Position numbers and translations under genes: made by a program
Notes under the pieces: model-generated
Database searches by the model: none
What the model was told of the DNA's origin: nothing
What the model saw: only the letters and a program-made list of their open reading frames with translations
Source: Guillardia theta CCMP2712
Lineage: Eukaryota; Protista; Cryptophyta
NCBI RefSeq assembly: GCF_000315625.1
Contig: NW_005434650.1
Location: 571,069 to 635,068 of the forward strand
Length of the DNA: 64,000 bases
Reading direction: 5' to 3'
Part shown: positions 26,501 through 37,280 of the stretch, piece after piece
Position numbering within the stretch: the stretch's first letter is position 1
How the letters are laid out: each line of letters starts with the position of its first letter

Positions 26501-29371
26501 CGGCCTGTCAACCAGCCGCCGACCTTCAGGCCGAGAGTCCCTTCGCTCACCGTCATGGCCGGAAACGGAAGCTACTTCGAGAAGGGTTTCGCTACGCAGC
26601 TCACGGCAGGGAATGCAGCAGAAGACAAGACACAACTTGTATCGTTCAGCATCGCTGGCATACACTTAGGAAGTCAGTACTACACGCAGGACCAGCTCTT
26701 CAGCAGCTTCCTTCTCAACTCTACCGTCCTCGCGTTCACCGTCCTCCCCAACACAACGGGAACTTTCAACCTGACATTGATGATCAAGGACAACGGCGGA
26801 ACGACGGACGGAGGAGTCGACTACTCGCTCGTTGGCATGCAGCTCGTCGTCATTCCTTCTAACAAGCTCCCCAAGTTCGCTCCTCGGGCTCTGAAGGTCC
26901 CAGAGGCGAAGCTGGTCGTCCCCCAGGTCTTCACTGCCTTCTTGGTCCGAGAGATCTCCGACCTCAAGTTCAAGGCGAGGAACCTGAGCTTCTGGACCGA
27001 GAGCTCCAACAAGAACCTCTTCCTCCAGGGACCCAACATCTCCTACCCTGACGGCACCCTAAGCTTCACTCTCAACCCCTTCCACAACGGCGTTGCCAAC
27101 CTGACCATCTGGCTCTATGACTCGTCCCAGCAGCTCAACAGGAGCACCAACAAGGACTTCTTCACAGCACAGCTCACCGTCATCCCTGTCAACGACCCTC
27201 CTACCTTCAACGTCACCCCCGAGTATCGTTGCGTAGAGAACAGCGGGCCGCAGATAGTCCGGGGATTCGTCTTCGACGCTCTCCCCGGCCCTCCGGACGA
27301 GAGCTGGCAGAGCATTTTTTACAATATCAGGATCGAGAACCTCTCCCCCAACCTCTTCTCCTCCTCCCCGTACCTCGACGCCAGCGGCACCCTCTACTTC
27401 ACGAGCGCTCAGGACGCCCATGGCACAGCGACGCTCCTCATCTCCGCGTTCGATGACGGGGGGTCAGACTTCGGAGGCCTCTCCACCAACGCCTCCCTCA
27501 GCTTCGTCGCTGTCGTCCGCGTCCTCCCGCTGCCGAGGCTGCTGGGAATCACTCCAGCAGTCCTCCCGTCCAGCACAAGCATGCAGGTCACAGTTCTTGG
27601 GTTGTACTTCGGGTCCACGTACAGCAGGGGATACGCAGCGGGCGAGTATCGAAATGCGCAAGTCTTCTTCGGCAACCGATCATGCGCCAACGTGTCCATC
27701 CTGTCTGACAGCAAGATCCTGTGCGAGACGCCGCTGCTCCAGGGAGCCCAACAGCTCTCGCTGCGAGTCAACGAGCTGGGGCTGGACCGGCGAGTTTCTC
27801 TTCCCAAAAACGTCTTCTTCAACTCCTTCTACGTGGGAGGCCTCGGGGTCGGGGCGACGGGCGAGGGTTTCATGGGATACGGCTACTCGGCACTGAGCTC
27901 CGGAGGGGTTCAGTTCCACCCTGATGAGATGGCAATCGACGGTTCCATCCTGGCCCTGTACACAGAAGCACACGTCATCGTCTTCGGCGGCTCCTTCCGG
28001 TCTGTGAACTCCGTGATGGTCAACCACATCTTCATGTGGAACGGGGTCACAGTCAGGCCCTTGGGCTTCGGAGTGGACGGGGAGGTGAAGGCGATCGCCA
28101 AGTACGGCAAGAGCCTGTTGGTAGGAGGATCCTTCACCAAGGGCTACTCCACACGAGGAGCAGCGACTCACAGCGGCGGCCTGATCAGGTGGGACGGTGC
28201 GCGATGGCAGCAGGTGGAGGGAGTTCTGCAGGGGGAGATCCGGACCATTGTCACCAACGAGAGCAGCATCTTCGTCGGAGGGGAGTTCAACCAGTTCTGC
28301 TCGAGGCCCTTCAACGGCATCGCCATGTTCGACGGGACGCAGTGGCGGTCGCTCGGGGACGGGGTGTCAGGGGGGAGCGTCTCGGGTCTTGCCGTCTACG
28401 GCAGCGTCCTCGTGGTCGCTGGCAGCTTCACAAGCGCCAGCAGCCTCCCCATCGCAAAGCTCGCGCTCTGGAACGGAACTACATGGAGAGGCCTTGGGCG
28501 GGTGAGCTATTTCTCCATCCCAACTCCATCCTTGCTCCATCCCTGCTCTACCATCCTTCCCCTTCCCCCTCCTTCCTCTCCCTCTCCCTCCCCTTCCTCC
28601 CTCCNNNNNNNNNNNNNNNNNNNNNNNNNNNNNNNNNNNNNNNNNNNNNNNNNNNNNNNNNNNNNNNNNNNNNNNNNNNNNNNNNNNNNNNNNNNNNNNN
28701 NNNNACACAACACCCCCCTATCCGTAAAAAAAAACAAAAAAACTCTCCATCTCCCTCTCCCTCTCCCTCTCCCTCTCCCTCTCCCTCTCCCTCTCCCCTC
28801 TCCCTCTCCCTCTCCCTCTCCCTCTCCCTCTCCCTCTCCCTCTCCCTCTCCCTCTCCCTCTCCCTCTCCCTCGTTCCCCATCATCTTCCACTACCCTGAC
28901 GAGCTGCTGCAGGTGGAAGGAGACGTGTTCGCTCTCGTGACGTGGGGCTCCGACTTGTTCGCAGGCGGGGCGATGAAGGCAATCGACGGGTTGAGCGTCA
29001 ACGGCTTTGCCCGCCTCTCCCTCCTCCAGGACTACTCCCAGTACGCCAACCCCTGGGCTGCTGTCGGGCTTGGCATCAACGGCTACGTGACAAGCATGGT
29101 CACAGCTGACGACTGCGTGTACGCTGTTGGCGCTATCGACAGGGTCTTCTCCTCCCCAGGGCAAGGAGCAGCAGCGAGCAACGGCTTCAGAGTCTGCAGA
29201 GCTAGTGGGTGGGAGGAGTACGAGGCGTTTGTGGAGGACGAGAATCGGACAAGCTCGATCTTGTACGTGATCGCGCCTGCGGGAAGAACAGTCCATCCCT
29301 CCTCCCTCCTTCCTCTCCTCAACTATACCAACTCGACTTGGACCAACTCCACCAACTCTAGTGTCATATAA
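2540..29371 (+). CDS. Giant secreted multidomain protein (~8768 aa): signal peptide, IPT/TIG array, cadherin-like Ig array, lactonase-type propeller with LamG and EAR/EPTP inserts, cadherin-like repeats, IPT, Rax2-like propeller
   Basis: Exons 2540-18156, 18271-28501 and 28913-29371 (26307 nt). Starts MARIFVVFSCFVLSRG. GxGF..YxCxF..CxxPxW repeats span ~2620-11690. VNxxPxF...GTLxF...LxDxGG repeats span 11695-20130 and 25850-27530. LamG motif WAHLVVSYNG..FYLNG. C-terminal GxVxA..GGxF..WDG repeats. Confidence 0.9.
18157..18270 (+). other. Intron 1 of the giant gene (114 nt, GT-AG)
   Basis: ag|gtgatt...gctgat...tttcag|c. Splicing gives FLFRTD-S-HRFGSSLYNFVLRDTG and completes a cadherin-like repeat. 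Both ORFs are in the same frame. Confidence 0.9.
28502..28912 (+). other. Intron 2 of the giant gene, with a (CCCTCT)n tract and a 100-N gap (28605-28704)
   Basis: cgg|gtgagc...ctgac...ctgcag|gtg. Splicing gives WRGLGR-VEGDVFALVTWGSDLFAGG, restoring the propeller blade. Confidence 0.9.
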
Positions 29372-29387
29372 GCCATTCATTAAAAGG

Positions 29388-31087
29388 TCACGATGTCTGC
29401 TGCGGGAACGGAGGCTTCACGATGATCGCATGGCACTTTGAGTTGCGACTGCGGGGCATTCAGCACAAAGTTTTCCCTCCATTCCCCTCCCCCTCCTTTC
29501 CCTCCTCTCCATCATCAAGTCGCTTCCTCCTCTACCTGCAGTAGAGGGCCGTCGAGCCCAGGTCGATCAAGGACTCGCGATTCTTCGCGCCGTGTGCAGT
29601 GTTGATGGACCCGAAGACCTGTTTCAAGGTGAGATGGAAGGAGAGCAGCTGAGCAACGAGCACCAAAAAGTCGGCCTCGAACCTCTCCGATGCTCTGATC
29701 AGATGCTCTGCTGCCGTTCCCTCCCCGTCCACCTGAGATCCATCACTCAGGCAAGGTGCAGGAGGAGGGGAGGACAGAGAGAGGAGACGAGGAGGGGGAA
29801 CTGAAACAAGCGGGTAGGGGGAGCGAAGAGAGTGCACCTGCTGAAGCCATATGACCTGTGAGGAGAGTTTCTTCTTGGTAGCCATGGCGCTTGTCTGAAT
29901 GAACTGCTGAGCTTTCTCGATGATTGCGACGTCATTGGGACCCTGGTTCTACACCTCAACTCCCCTCCCATACCCGCCAGATGTCTTCACCTTGTGCCTG
30001 CTCACCGTCACACAGACAAGCTTGTCGCCATCTCTCGCAAGGAAGATCACCTGCAACTTGTCAGGCCTCCCCCATCGCCCCTCCTCCTCCTCCTCCTCCC
30101 CCTCCCCCTCCCCCTCCTCCCACCTTCTCGAGCCCTTCGTTTGCAGCAGGGCTTCCATCCAAGCAGACCAGAAACGTGGCTCCTTCCCCCTGCTTCGGAA
30201 CTGGCCGCCAGTGTTTCACAACCACCTGGGCGAGCATCAAGAGCAGCAGCAGCAGGGAGGAAGGGACCATGGTGTGATTACACAGACGCAGCATGTAGTC
30301 AGTGACTGACCCCATCTCTCCCACCTGGACCTTCGTCAGCTCCTCCCACACACCCTTCAGCTATCACCCGCTTCCCTCCGACTCCGAACGATCCCATGAA
30401 GACGTAGTCCGCTTGGAAGCTCTTTGCGATGCAATCCAAGATGACGGCAACTACAGCAGGAGCATGCTCGCTCGTCCCAACAGACTCTGCGTATTCCAGA
30501 CTCGCAACCTGCCCGACATCAGCTCGAGCTTGCAAGGTCGTGCCCGCCACCAACCTTGACAAGCTCTTCGGAGGTCTTGTACTCGAGGGGGAACGTTTGA
30601 GACTTGAGACGTCCCGGTCCCTTCAGGTCATAGTTCCTCCTAACAGCAACAAGATCAGCAGGACATCTCGACAACAAGCACAAGCAGCACCTTGCACGGA
30701 TGAGGTTGGTTTCATACTGCTGAAGAATCCGTGGCGACTGAAGGTGTATCGGCTTCTCGAGATCCATCTGTGTTGGAACAAGAATCATGGCACGGGGACT
30801 CACGGCAAAGATGCAAGATGCAAGATCTTGATGACAAAGATCGATCATGCAAGTCAAGGAAGAGTCCTCACCATCTTGTCATACGCATGAATGACGGCGA
30901 CCTCGTTGGTCCTCCCCTCGGTGTTCTAGAGTTCCAAGAATCGTTGGATACAAGAATGAAACTGCAGCCAAGGAAGACAAACCTGGCCGTTGATGAAGTA
31001 GCACAGAGAATCGAAGGCCTTGCCACTCACAGAGCTGCCATCCACCAACACACACCACCGCAAGTCTGACTCACTTCGACCCGGCAT
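29388..31087 (-). CDS. Tandem universal stress protein (USP/UspA) domain protein, multi-exon
   Basis: Exons give WCVLVDGSSVSGKAF..VAVIHAYD..ADYVFMGSFG..MGSVTDYMLR..VVVK, then FLVCLDGSPAANEGL..ADFLV..LGSTALYCSRNSKCHAIIVKP. Start codon uncertain. Confidence 0.85.
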
Positions 31088-31628
31088 GATCAGCTCCTGC
31101 AAGTCGGGTGACGATGTCAGAGGCAAGACATGGAAAAGAGGAGGGGGGGGTGGAGAGGGAGGGAGGGAGGGAGGGAGGGAGGGAGGGAGGGAGGGGGGGA
31201 GGGAGGGAGAAGAGGAAGACCACAGGGACTATTAAGTTGCCATGACGACTGAGATCGCTACCTCTCCACCCTGCCTCCCCTCCCCCTACTTCGCTCTCCT
31301 AAGTTCATCATTGGTTACTCCCCTCGCCATCGCTTTCTTAACTGCCAGTCGTTACAGACCGTTGCACTTTTACAGTCAGCAATAAAATTATTGGTTGCCA
31401 AGTTCAAGGCGCGCCGGGCCCGGCGGACTCACTGTCAGTCCCGGTCCGGGAGGCCAGCCTGGCGGCTGAGGCCCGCGCCGGCGGGCGGCAGGCCCGGACC
31501 AGGGCCCGGGACATGATCGGATCCTGGTCGAGCAAGACTATCGAGCCCTTTTTTGACTCGGTGAAAGTTAAGTTACAAGTTAAAAATCAGCCTGTCCCCC
31601 CGGGCCCAAACTTAACTGATACCTTCAC

Positions 31629-31666
31629 TTACTCAAAGTTAAGTTAAAAATCAGTACGAGGACAAT
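31629..31666 (+). repeat. Dispersed ~40-nt motif, copy A
   Basis: ttactcaaagttaagttaaaaatcagtacgaggacaat; a partial copy lies at 31564-31590. Confidence 0.7.
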
Positions 31667-31841
31667 ACCAGTGGCCGGTTATCACCGTTGAAGGATGCCC
31701 GGCGCCGCCGGGCGCGGCCCGGCCCGCCGGCGCAGCCGGGGACTCCCGAGACTCAGTCCCCGGGGAGGCCGGCTCAACCTACTGAATTTACACTTCGAAT
31801 TTCCTTGCATCGAAATGCACGGAATTTGCGCGCAAAGTGAA

Positions 31842-32717
31842 ATGCGGTGCGATGCGCTGGAGCTGTTGCTCTCTCCGTTGCCCCTCAGCGCCTTCCTTGA
31901 GAGTCTTGGTGATGTCGCAGAGGAGAGGAGCAGCCATGGCAGCAAACTGAGCCATCCCTCCGCTCACAGCCATGGCCCATGCGCGCACAAGAGCAATGAT
32001 GCGCTTGACTTCCTGCTCCCAGCCATGCCCTCAGGTTGCCTCCCGCAGAACCTCATCTGCAAGAGTCCACCAGTGAGGTGTGTCCCTGTCCAGCAAGGTC
32101 ATCAGGGCTGCGAGGATAGTTTCATCCACCACATCCATACCAATTCAAGAATCATTATCTCGCATTGGAAGGTAAGCCTGTGATATCTTGATGCATTCCT
32201 AGTGCTTCATGTGCTGATAGCTCTGCCCTGCCCAGAAAGCAATCAAAGGAACTACGTATGAGGACACTTTCAGGAGCCAGATGCAGCACCTGCAGTCGAT
32301 GAAAGCTGGCGAAAGCAAGATCTTGTTCTTGGCTTTCCTGCACGTCAGCTTCATAGAAGGCTTCATAGACATGAAGTATGACTACCGCAACCATGATGAG
32401 TCTTTGAGCGGAATCACCGCATTTTGTGCAATTTCGAACCCGCGTTTCAGGTTCTTCAACAGGTTATGGCGATCCTTCCCTCGTCTCCTTCCATAATCCT
32501 CAACATCGACATCTGACATTTTCCAACCAGGCTTCTCTCCCTGAAGAACGGTTCATGGCCTGCTTTCACGGGGCCCGTTTTCGACTCGTTTCTCGAGCTC
32601 CCTGAGAGAGAGCAGCTCGCTCTGTGCAAGATGCTGGTTACGGTCAATGTGGGACCATACGGAGGCGACTGGCTGCGAGCTTTCAACGAGCAGACGGTCT
32701 TTATCTTCTGTGAATGA
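31842..32717 (+). CDS. Hypothetical protein, multi-exon
   Basis: Open exons bounded by GT/AG: MRCDALELLL..., KAIKGTTYEDTFRSQ...FRFFN, ...LPEERFMACFHGPVFDSFLELPERE...FIFCE*. No family recognised. Confidence 0.5.
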
Positions 32718-32999
32718 GCAGGATTGGCCTGAAGGCTGTGATGATGACTCCGAGGGCTCATCAGGAGGACAGGGTAGGAGAGAAGGTGTTGTTTTGATCT
32801 CCTCGGAGGCCACTCGCAGAATCAATGTGCCTTCGGATTTTCTTGAAAAGGGGGAGGGGGAGGGGGGGGGTCAACGCTTCATATTGAATCGTTGAATCAT
32901 CGGGCGTTTTGGCTTCATCAAGACAGATTCCACAAGAAGTTTCGAGAAGCAATACCACATTGTGACAAGATTGTTCCAAAAATTTCATTGGAATCGGCT

Positions 33000-34207
33000 C
33001 TATTTGTGATGAACCGAGGGTAGAAGCTTTTTCATCTCAGACATGGCCTGGGGATCAGAAGCGAGCTTTGAGCATGCCTGTGATTATCAGTTAGATTATT
33101 TACATCTTTATGATACAAAACTTCACCTTTTCATTGCCATTCGCACAATCGACAATCGTTGAGGACTTCCCACGGAGAGAGCCATGAGCAAACTCGCCAT
33201 CTGTTCAAAGTCACTCCCAAAAGCACAACCCCAATGCAATTCAATACCCTTTGATGCTTCCAAACCCAGTTGCTTCAGACACGTCGTGATCGCAGCCAGG
33301 GAATGGAGGTCGTATGGTACACTCTGACAGTGTAAAGTCAGAGGGGTTCCAAACTGTTTCTGATTGCAGAAAGATTTGATACCTGCCAGCTCTTGCCGAA
33401 AAACTGTTTCAACTGGGTCCTTGACACAGATCGGATCACTGAATCAGAGTTGCAGAAGTCACTTCGCGTGAACATGTCATGCTCCCTCGCATATCTCCTG
33501 AGCTTCGAGAATTCCCATTGCTTGTACTCTTTTTTGTAGTCAGGGATGGGAAGAGAAAAATCTCTGCTCAGCTGCTGTTCTCGAGCGTGATGCGCATGAA
33601 CAGCATCGACCATCGTGGTCTTGGCTCTTGCTTTCTCTACTGTGGGAGGCTTGAAATGCTGTTCAAGTCTGGTTGTGATCGCCTTTTTGTGTTCTGCATG
33701 ACTCCGTCTGGCCTTGCCAACACTAGTAGCATGCTCAATCTGAATTTTCTTCGTTTCTTTGGTGGCCGTTCGTTGCAGTGACTTTTTCAACTCTGCTTTC
33801 TGCTTTGCTGCAATCCACTTTCTGATCTTAACCATGGCCTGCTTTCTCAAAATCATCTGTGCCAAAGACTTGGCATGCAGCACGAGTTCGTTGGCTTGCT
33901 GATCTTCCTCCTGAGCTCTGTTTAGAAGAGACTGACTTTCCAACTCCTTGAACTTCTCAGCTGCCCGCACCTTGCGACTCGCCGAGTGGGATTGCACTCC
34001 TTCCTCTGAATTGAGTTCACCCATTCCCCCAAGAGCTTGGAAGAAGGTTGCTTGTTCTTGCTGGTCAGAGGGATCATTGTTGCCAGCCTGAGAGGATAGC
34101 AATGCTTCTCGCTGGCCTTCAGTCTTCATGTTTGAGGTAAGACCCACCATGAGGAGAAGGAGCAAGGCAACAGTTGCTGCCAGCATGCTGCTGGTTGAGA
34201 TTCGCAT
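33000..34207 (-). CDS. Signal/anchor-bearing coiled-coil protein with a C-terminal DCxxGxxxACxxL motif
   Basis: 289-aa ORF with hydrophobic N-terminus, spliced to SVPYDLHSLAAITTCLKQL, GEFAHGSLRGKSSTIVDCANGNEK and ACSKLASDPQAMSEMKKLLPSVHHK*. Confidence 0.7.
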
Positions 34208-34663
34208 CGTGTTGTCTAGAAGGCTGTTCCTCCTATGTTCCGTAGCTCTGACACTGAATTCTCTCTCTCCCTCCTACTCTCCTCTCTTTCTCTCTCTCCT
34301 CTCTTTCTCTCTCCTCTCTTCAATGAAAGCTGACCAGCAATGCCATCGTTTTTCGTGCCCCTTCACCTCCAAACCTGGCCCTCGTCTCCACCACAACCCC
34401 GGGGCCCGTTCGGGCCGGATGGCCCGGCCCCGACACTCAGTGACTGCTGAGCTCAGCTCTTGAATGATTCACTGAGTCATGCTGCAGGGATGGATCGGAC
34501 CGGACCGGGTACCAGAGGTTGAGTTAAAATGTGGTACATCACCGCGGCACGGTGCCCCGACCCCTGAGGCCCCCCTATGCCATTTCCTATCGGCCTGCAT
34601 TGTACCCGGCCATACTACGGTCGGCATCTAGTACCCAGGCTGGCATGCCTTACGGTGACCAAT

Positions 34664-34708
34664 TTACTCAAATTAGTAAGTCAAAAATCAGTACGAGGAT
34701 CGGACAAT
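34664..34708 (+). repeat. Dispersed ~40-nt motif, copy B
   Basis: ttactcaaattagtaagtcaaaaatcagtacgaggatcggacaat. Confidence 0.7.
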
Positions 34709-35220
34709 CGCTCGGGCCGTGACTTTAGCAAACCGAACGGTACGGTAGTAACGAGGGACCCCTCAAGGCAGAGGCTCGTCAGGGGAGGGGGAGGGATGGG
34801 GTACAGGTGTAGTATTGAGGGACGTGAGAGACCGGGGGAAAAAGAACCAGGTACCCCCCCTTAGAAGACATATACCTTATCATTTCCACCCCTGTTTCTG
34901 GCAGGAGATGTAACTAAGGGTAGGGGTACTTGATAGGGCTCTCCCGATAGGAAGAGGGTGGGGGTACGAATGTTTATGTTTCCCCGACAACGGGAGGGGA
35001 TCCATCGAGTTCTCCTGCTCCTCCTGCTCCTCCTGGCTTCCCATCTTGCTCCTCCAGCTTCGACGACTACTTCACTTAGCTCGTAGCAAGTTCTCCTGCT
35101 CGGCCTTCCATTGCGTACGTTGGTTAAAAGATTCTTCATTTTGCGAGAGCAATCCTACCTAGAAAGTATTCTTGAAAGCGATTGCACGGTCCCTTTCAGA
35201 ATCAGGCCAATCATCGGTAG

Positions 35221-36708
35221 ATGTGCAGCAAGAATAGCAAGAATGTCGTTCTGCCTGGGAAAGCGTCAGGTGTCAGCACCGCAAGGAACGCAGGCCTTGT
35301 CTTGGCAGTGATCTGTGGGATGCTTCTGCGAGATCTCCTGATAAGCTGCATGCATTCTTGTTTTCCAAACAGCCCTTCGCTCGATCAGCAACAAGATCCG
35401 ACAATGATCGGGCAGGGTAGCGCAAACGTGGGAGAGGAGTTTCGGCTTGTTCTGTCGACCTCGTCCCTGCTGAACATCTCTACCTACGTGCACAACCTCT
35501 CATTGACATCGAATGGACTGAACGTCACAAGACTGAAAAAACTATTCACTAGGCTGACAGTGGAGGACATCTTGCTGCTCTCGAGCATGAAGAAAGGAGT
35601 CTCCAGGCTAGCAGGAGCAACCCCGGACCCACGAAACGCTTCTAGCAAGATGCAGAACAGCTCCTCGTCCTACAACCTCAGCACCGCAGACAGACGAGCC
35701 TCGAGCTCTGCTCTGCTCGCAGGTCAAGCGCTGCAGTCTAACACCACGGGGACCTTCAAGGCTGCTGCAGCATCCGAGGTGGTCCGGCGGAGGATAAGCC
35801 TGAGCCCTCTCCTCACCAAGAGCTTTCAAAGGCCGTCAGTGGGCGGAGGCAAGTCAGGTGGGCCGGTATTTGTGTTTTGGGCAGGAGTAGAAGGCACTGG
35901 ACATCATCTCATCGATCAGCTGGGCAAGAATCACCCTCATGTCCGCACTGACCAAGAAGCCGTGCAGATGACGTGTCTGCTCTGGAACGAGCAGGGTCAG
36001 AACGGTCTCTTCAACGTGAGGTGGCATGGAAGCCCAAGGACGGCGAGCTCTGCGATCGCTGAGATTGTCAGACGCTCTCGGCGTAGGCAGCAGTCTCCTT
36101 CCTTCTACTTCCTGAGCGGACTAGAGCATAGCTCCAGCTGCTCTACGGGAATGCTCTCATACCCCAACTACGCAGGCCCAAGCGAAAGAACGCCGGACGT
36201 GGCCAAGCTTGTCAAGGCGATGCGGCGATCGGAGGCTAACTTCAAGGTGGTCGTCTTGATCCGAGACGCGCTGAGCATCATCTGCTCTTGCTCGATCAAG
36301 CGCAACTTCAGGCCCTGGAACGAACAAGCTCAGAGGCTTCGGGCGGCAGCCTTGGACCTGGTCGCTCAGCTTCGACACCTCGACGCGAGCGAGTACATAT
36401 GCTTGGACTACAATGGGATCGCCGGAGGGTCTTCGGTGGAGACCTTGGACAACTTCCTGTACGACGGGAGAGCTCCAGACACAAGCATAGGGAAGAAGAT
36501 GAAACAAATCTTCAACAAGCCGAGGTACCAGCCTGCAGCAACGTGCTCTGACTATCAGTGTGATCATGCGTTTGGAAGACAAAGGTATCAGATATCAGAA
36601 GGAGAGTGCATGTCAGCGTCAGAGCTACACGATGCGATGGAGGTACTGCGGCAAACGTGTCCCAATCACATTCCAGCAGACATGGTGTCGTTCCCGAGCA
36701 CAGCGTGA
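35221..36708 (+). CDS. Type II membrane sulfotransferase-like protein, copy 1 (intronless, 495 aa)
   Basis: N-terminal TM (GLVLAVICGMLL), Ser-rich stem, 5'-PSB-like FWAGVEGTGHH and 3'-PB-like VVVLIRDALSIICS. Confidence 0.7.
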   Translation: MCSKNSKNVVLPGKASGVSTARNAGLVLAVICGMLLRDLLISCMHSCFPNSPSLDQQQDPTMIGQGSANVGEEFRLVLSTSSLLNISTYVHNLSLTSNGLNVTRLKKLFTRLTVEDILLLSSMKKGVSRLAGATPDPRNASSKMQNSSSSYNLSTADRRASSSALLAGQALQSNTTGTFKAAAASEVVRRRISLSPLLTKSFQRPSVGGGKSGGPVFVFWAGVEGTGHHLIDQLGKNHPHVRTDQEAVQMTCLLWNEQGQNGLFNVRWHGSPRTASSAIAEIVRRSRRRQQSPSFYFLSGLEHSSSCSTGMLSYPNYAGPSERTPDVAKLVKAMRRSEANFKVVVLIRDALSIICSCSIKRNFRPWNEQAQRLRAAALDLVAQLRHLDASEYICLDYNGIAGGSSVETLDNFLYDGRAPDTSIGKKMKQIFNKPRYQPAATCSDYQCDHAFGRQRYQISEGECMSASELHDAMEVLRQTCPNHIPADMVSFPSTA

Positions 36709-37280
36709 GTGAGTCGGAGGCATTGCAGTCATCACTCGGAGTCAAACTACTATCACTTAGCTTCAAGTTTATATCAGTAGTACTTTGTTTGACCTTTGAT
36801 TGACTAGTTCAACGGTTGATCCCTTTAACAGCAACACGCCGTGATTGAAGTGCGAGGAGAAACAGACGAGCACAGTAATCGTAGCTCCAACTCCAATCAC
36901 CCGGCCCCAGCTCCCGGGCCTCTCCGAGTAGACCGGGCCCCGGGCCGGGGCAGGGTGTCAACTTACTAAGTTAGGCTCAGTGACTCGGAGATGAGTAAAG
37001 TTGTGATTGAAGAGGGGATGAGGTCCAATAATGAATTGCGGCCGGCAGGACTCAGGGCATGGGAGCAAGAGAAGCGAAGAAAACAGACAGGAGTCAGGAG
37101 TCGTGAGGGCGGGGAAGGGTAGAAAGGACGCAGGCAGCCATGTTGCATGGGTTGTGATCTGAGTGAGAACGTTTCTTGCTCGGGTAGAGGATTGTCATGA
37201 TTCAATCCAGAAAGTTTAATGTGAGATCAATAACTTGATCGGATCTCAAGGTCTCTTCCTCTGAGAGATTTTCTGTGCAG

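Noticed and set aside
28502-28912. Pro/Ser-rich extensin-like stalk (PSPSPS) in the giant protein
   Set aside because: Intronic (CCCTCT)n tract read through by chance across a 100-N gap; the A-rich bases after the gap look like low-quality sequence
2518-29380. Many antisense and alternative-frame ORFs over the giant gene
   Set aside because: Shadow ORFs from GC-rich codon bias; no recognisable domains
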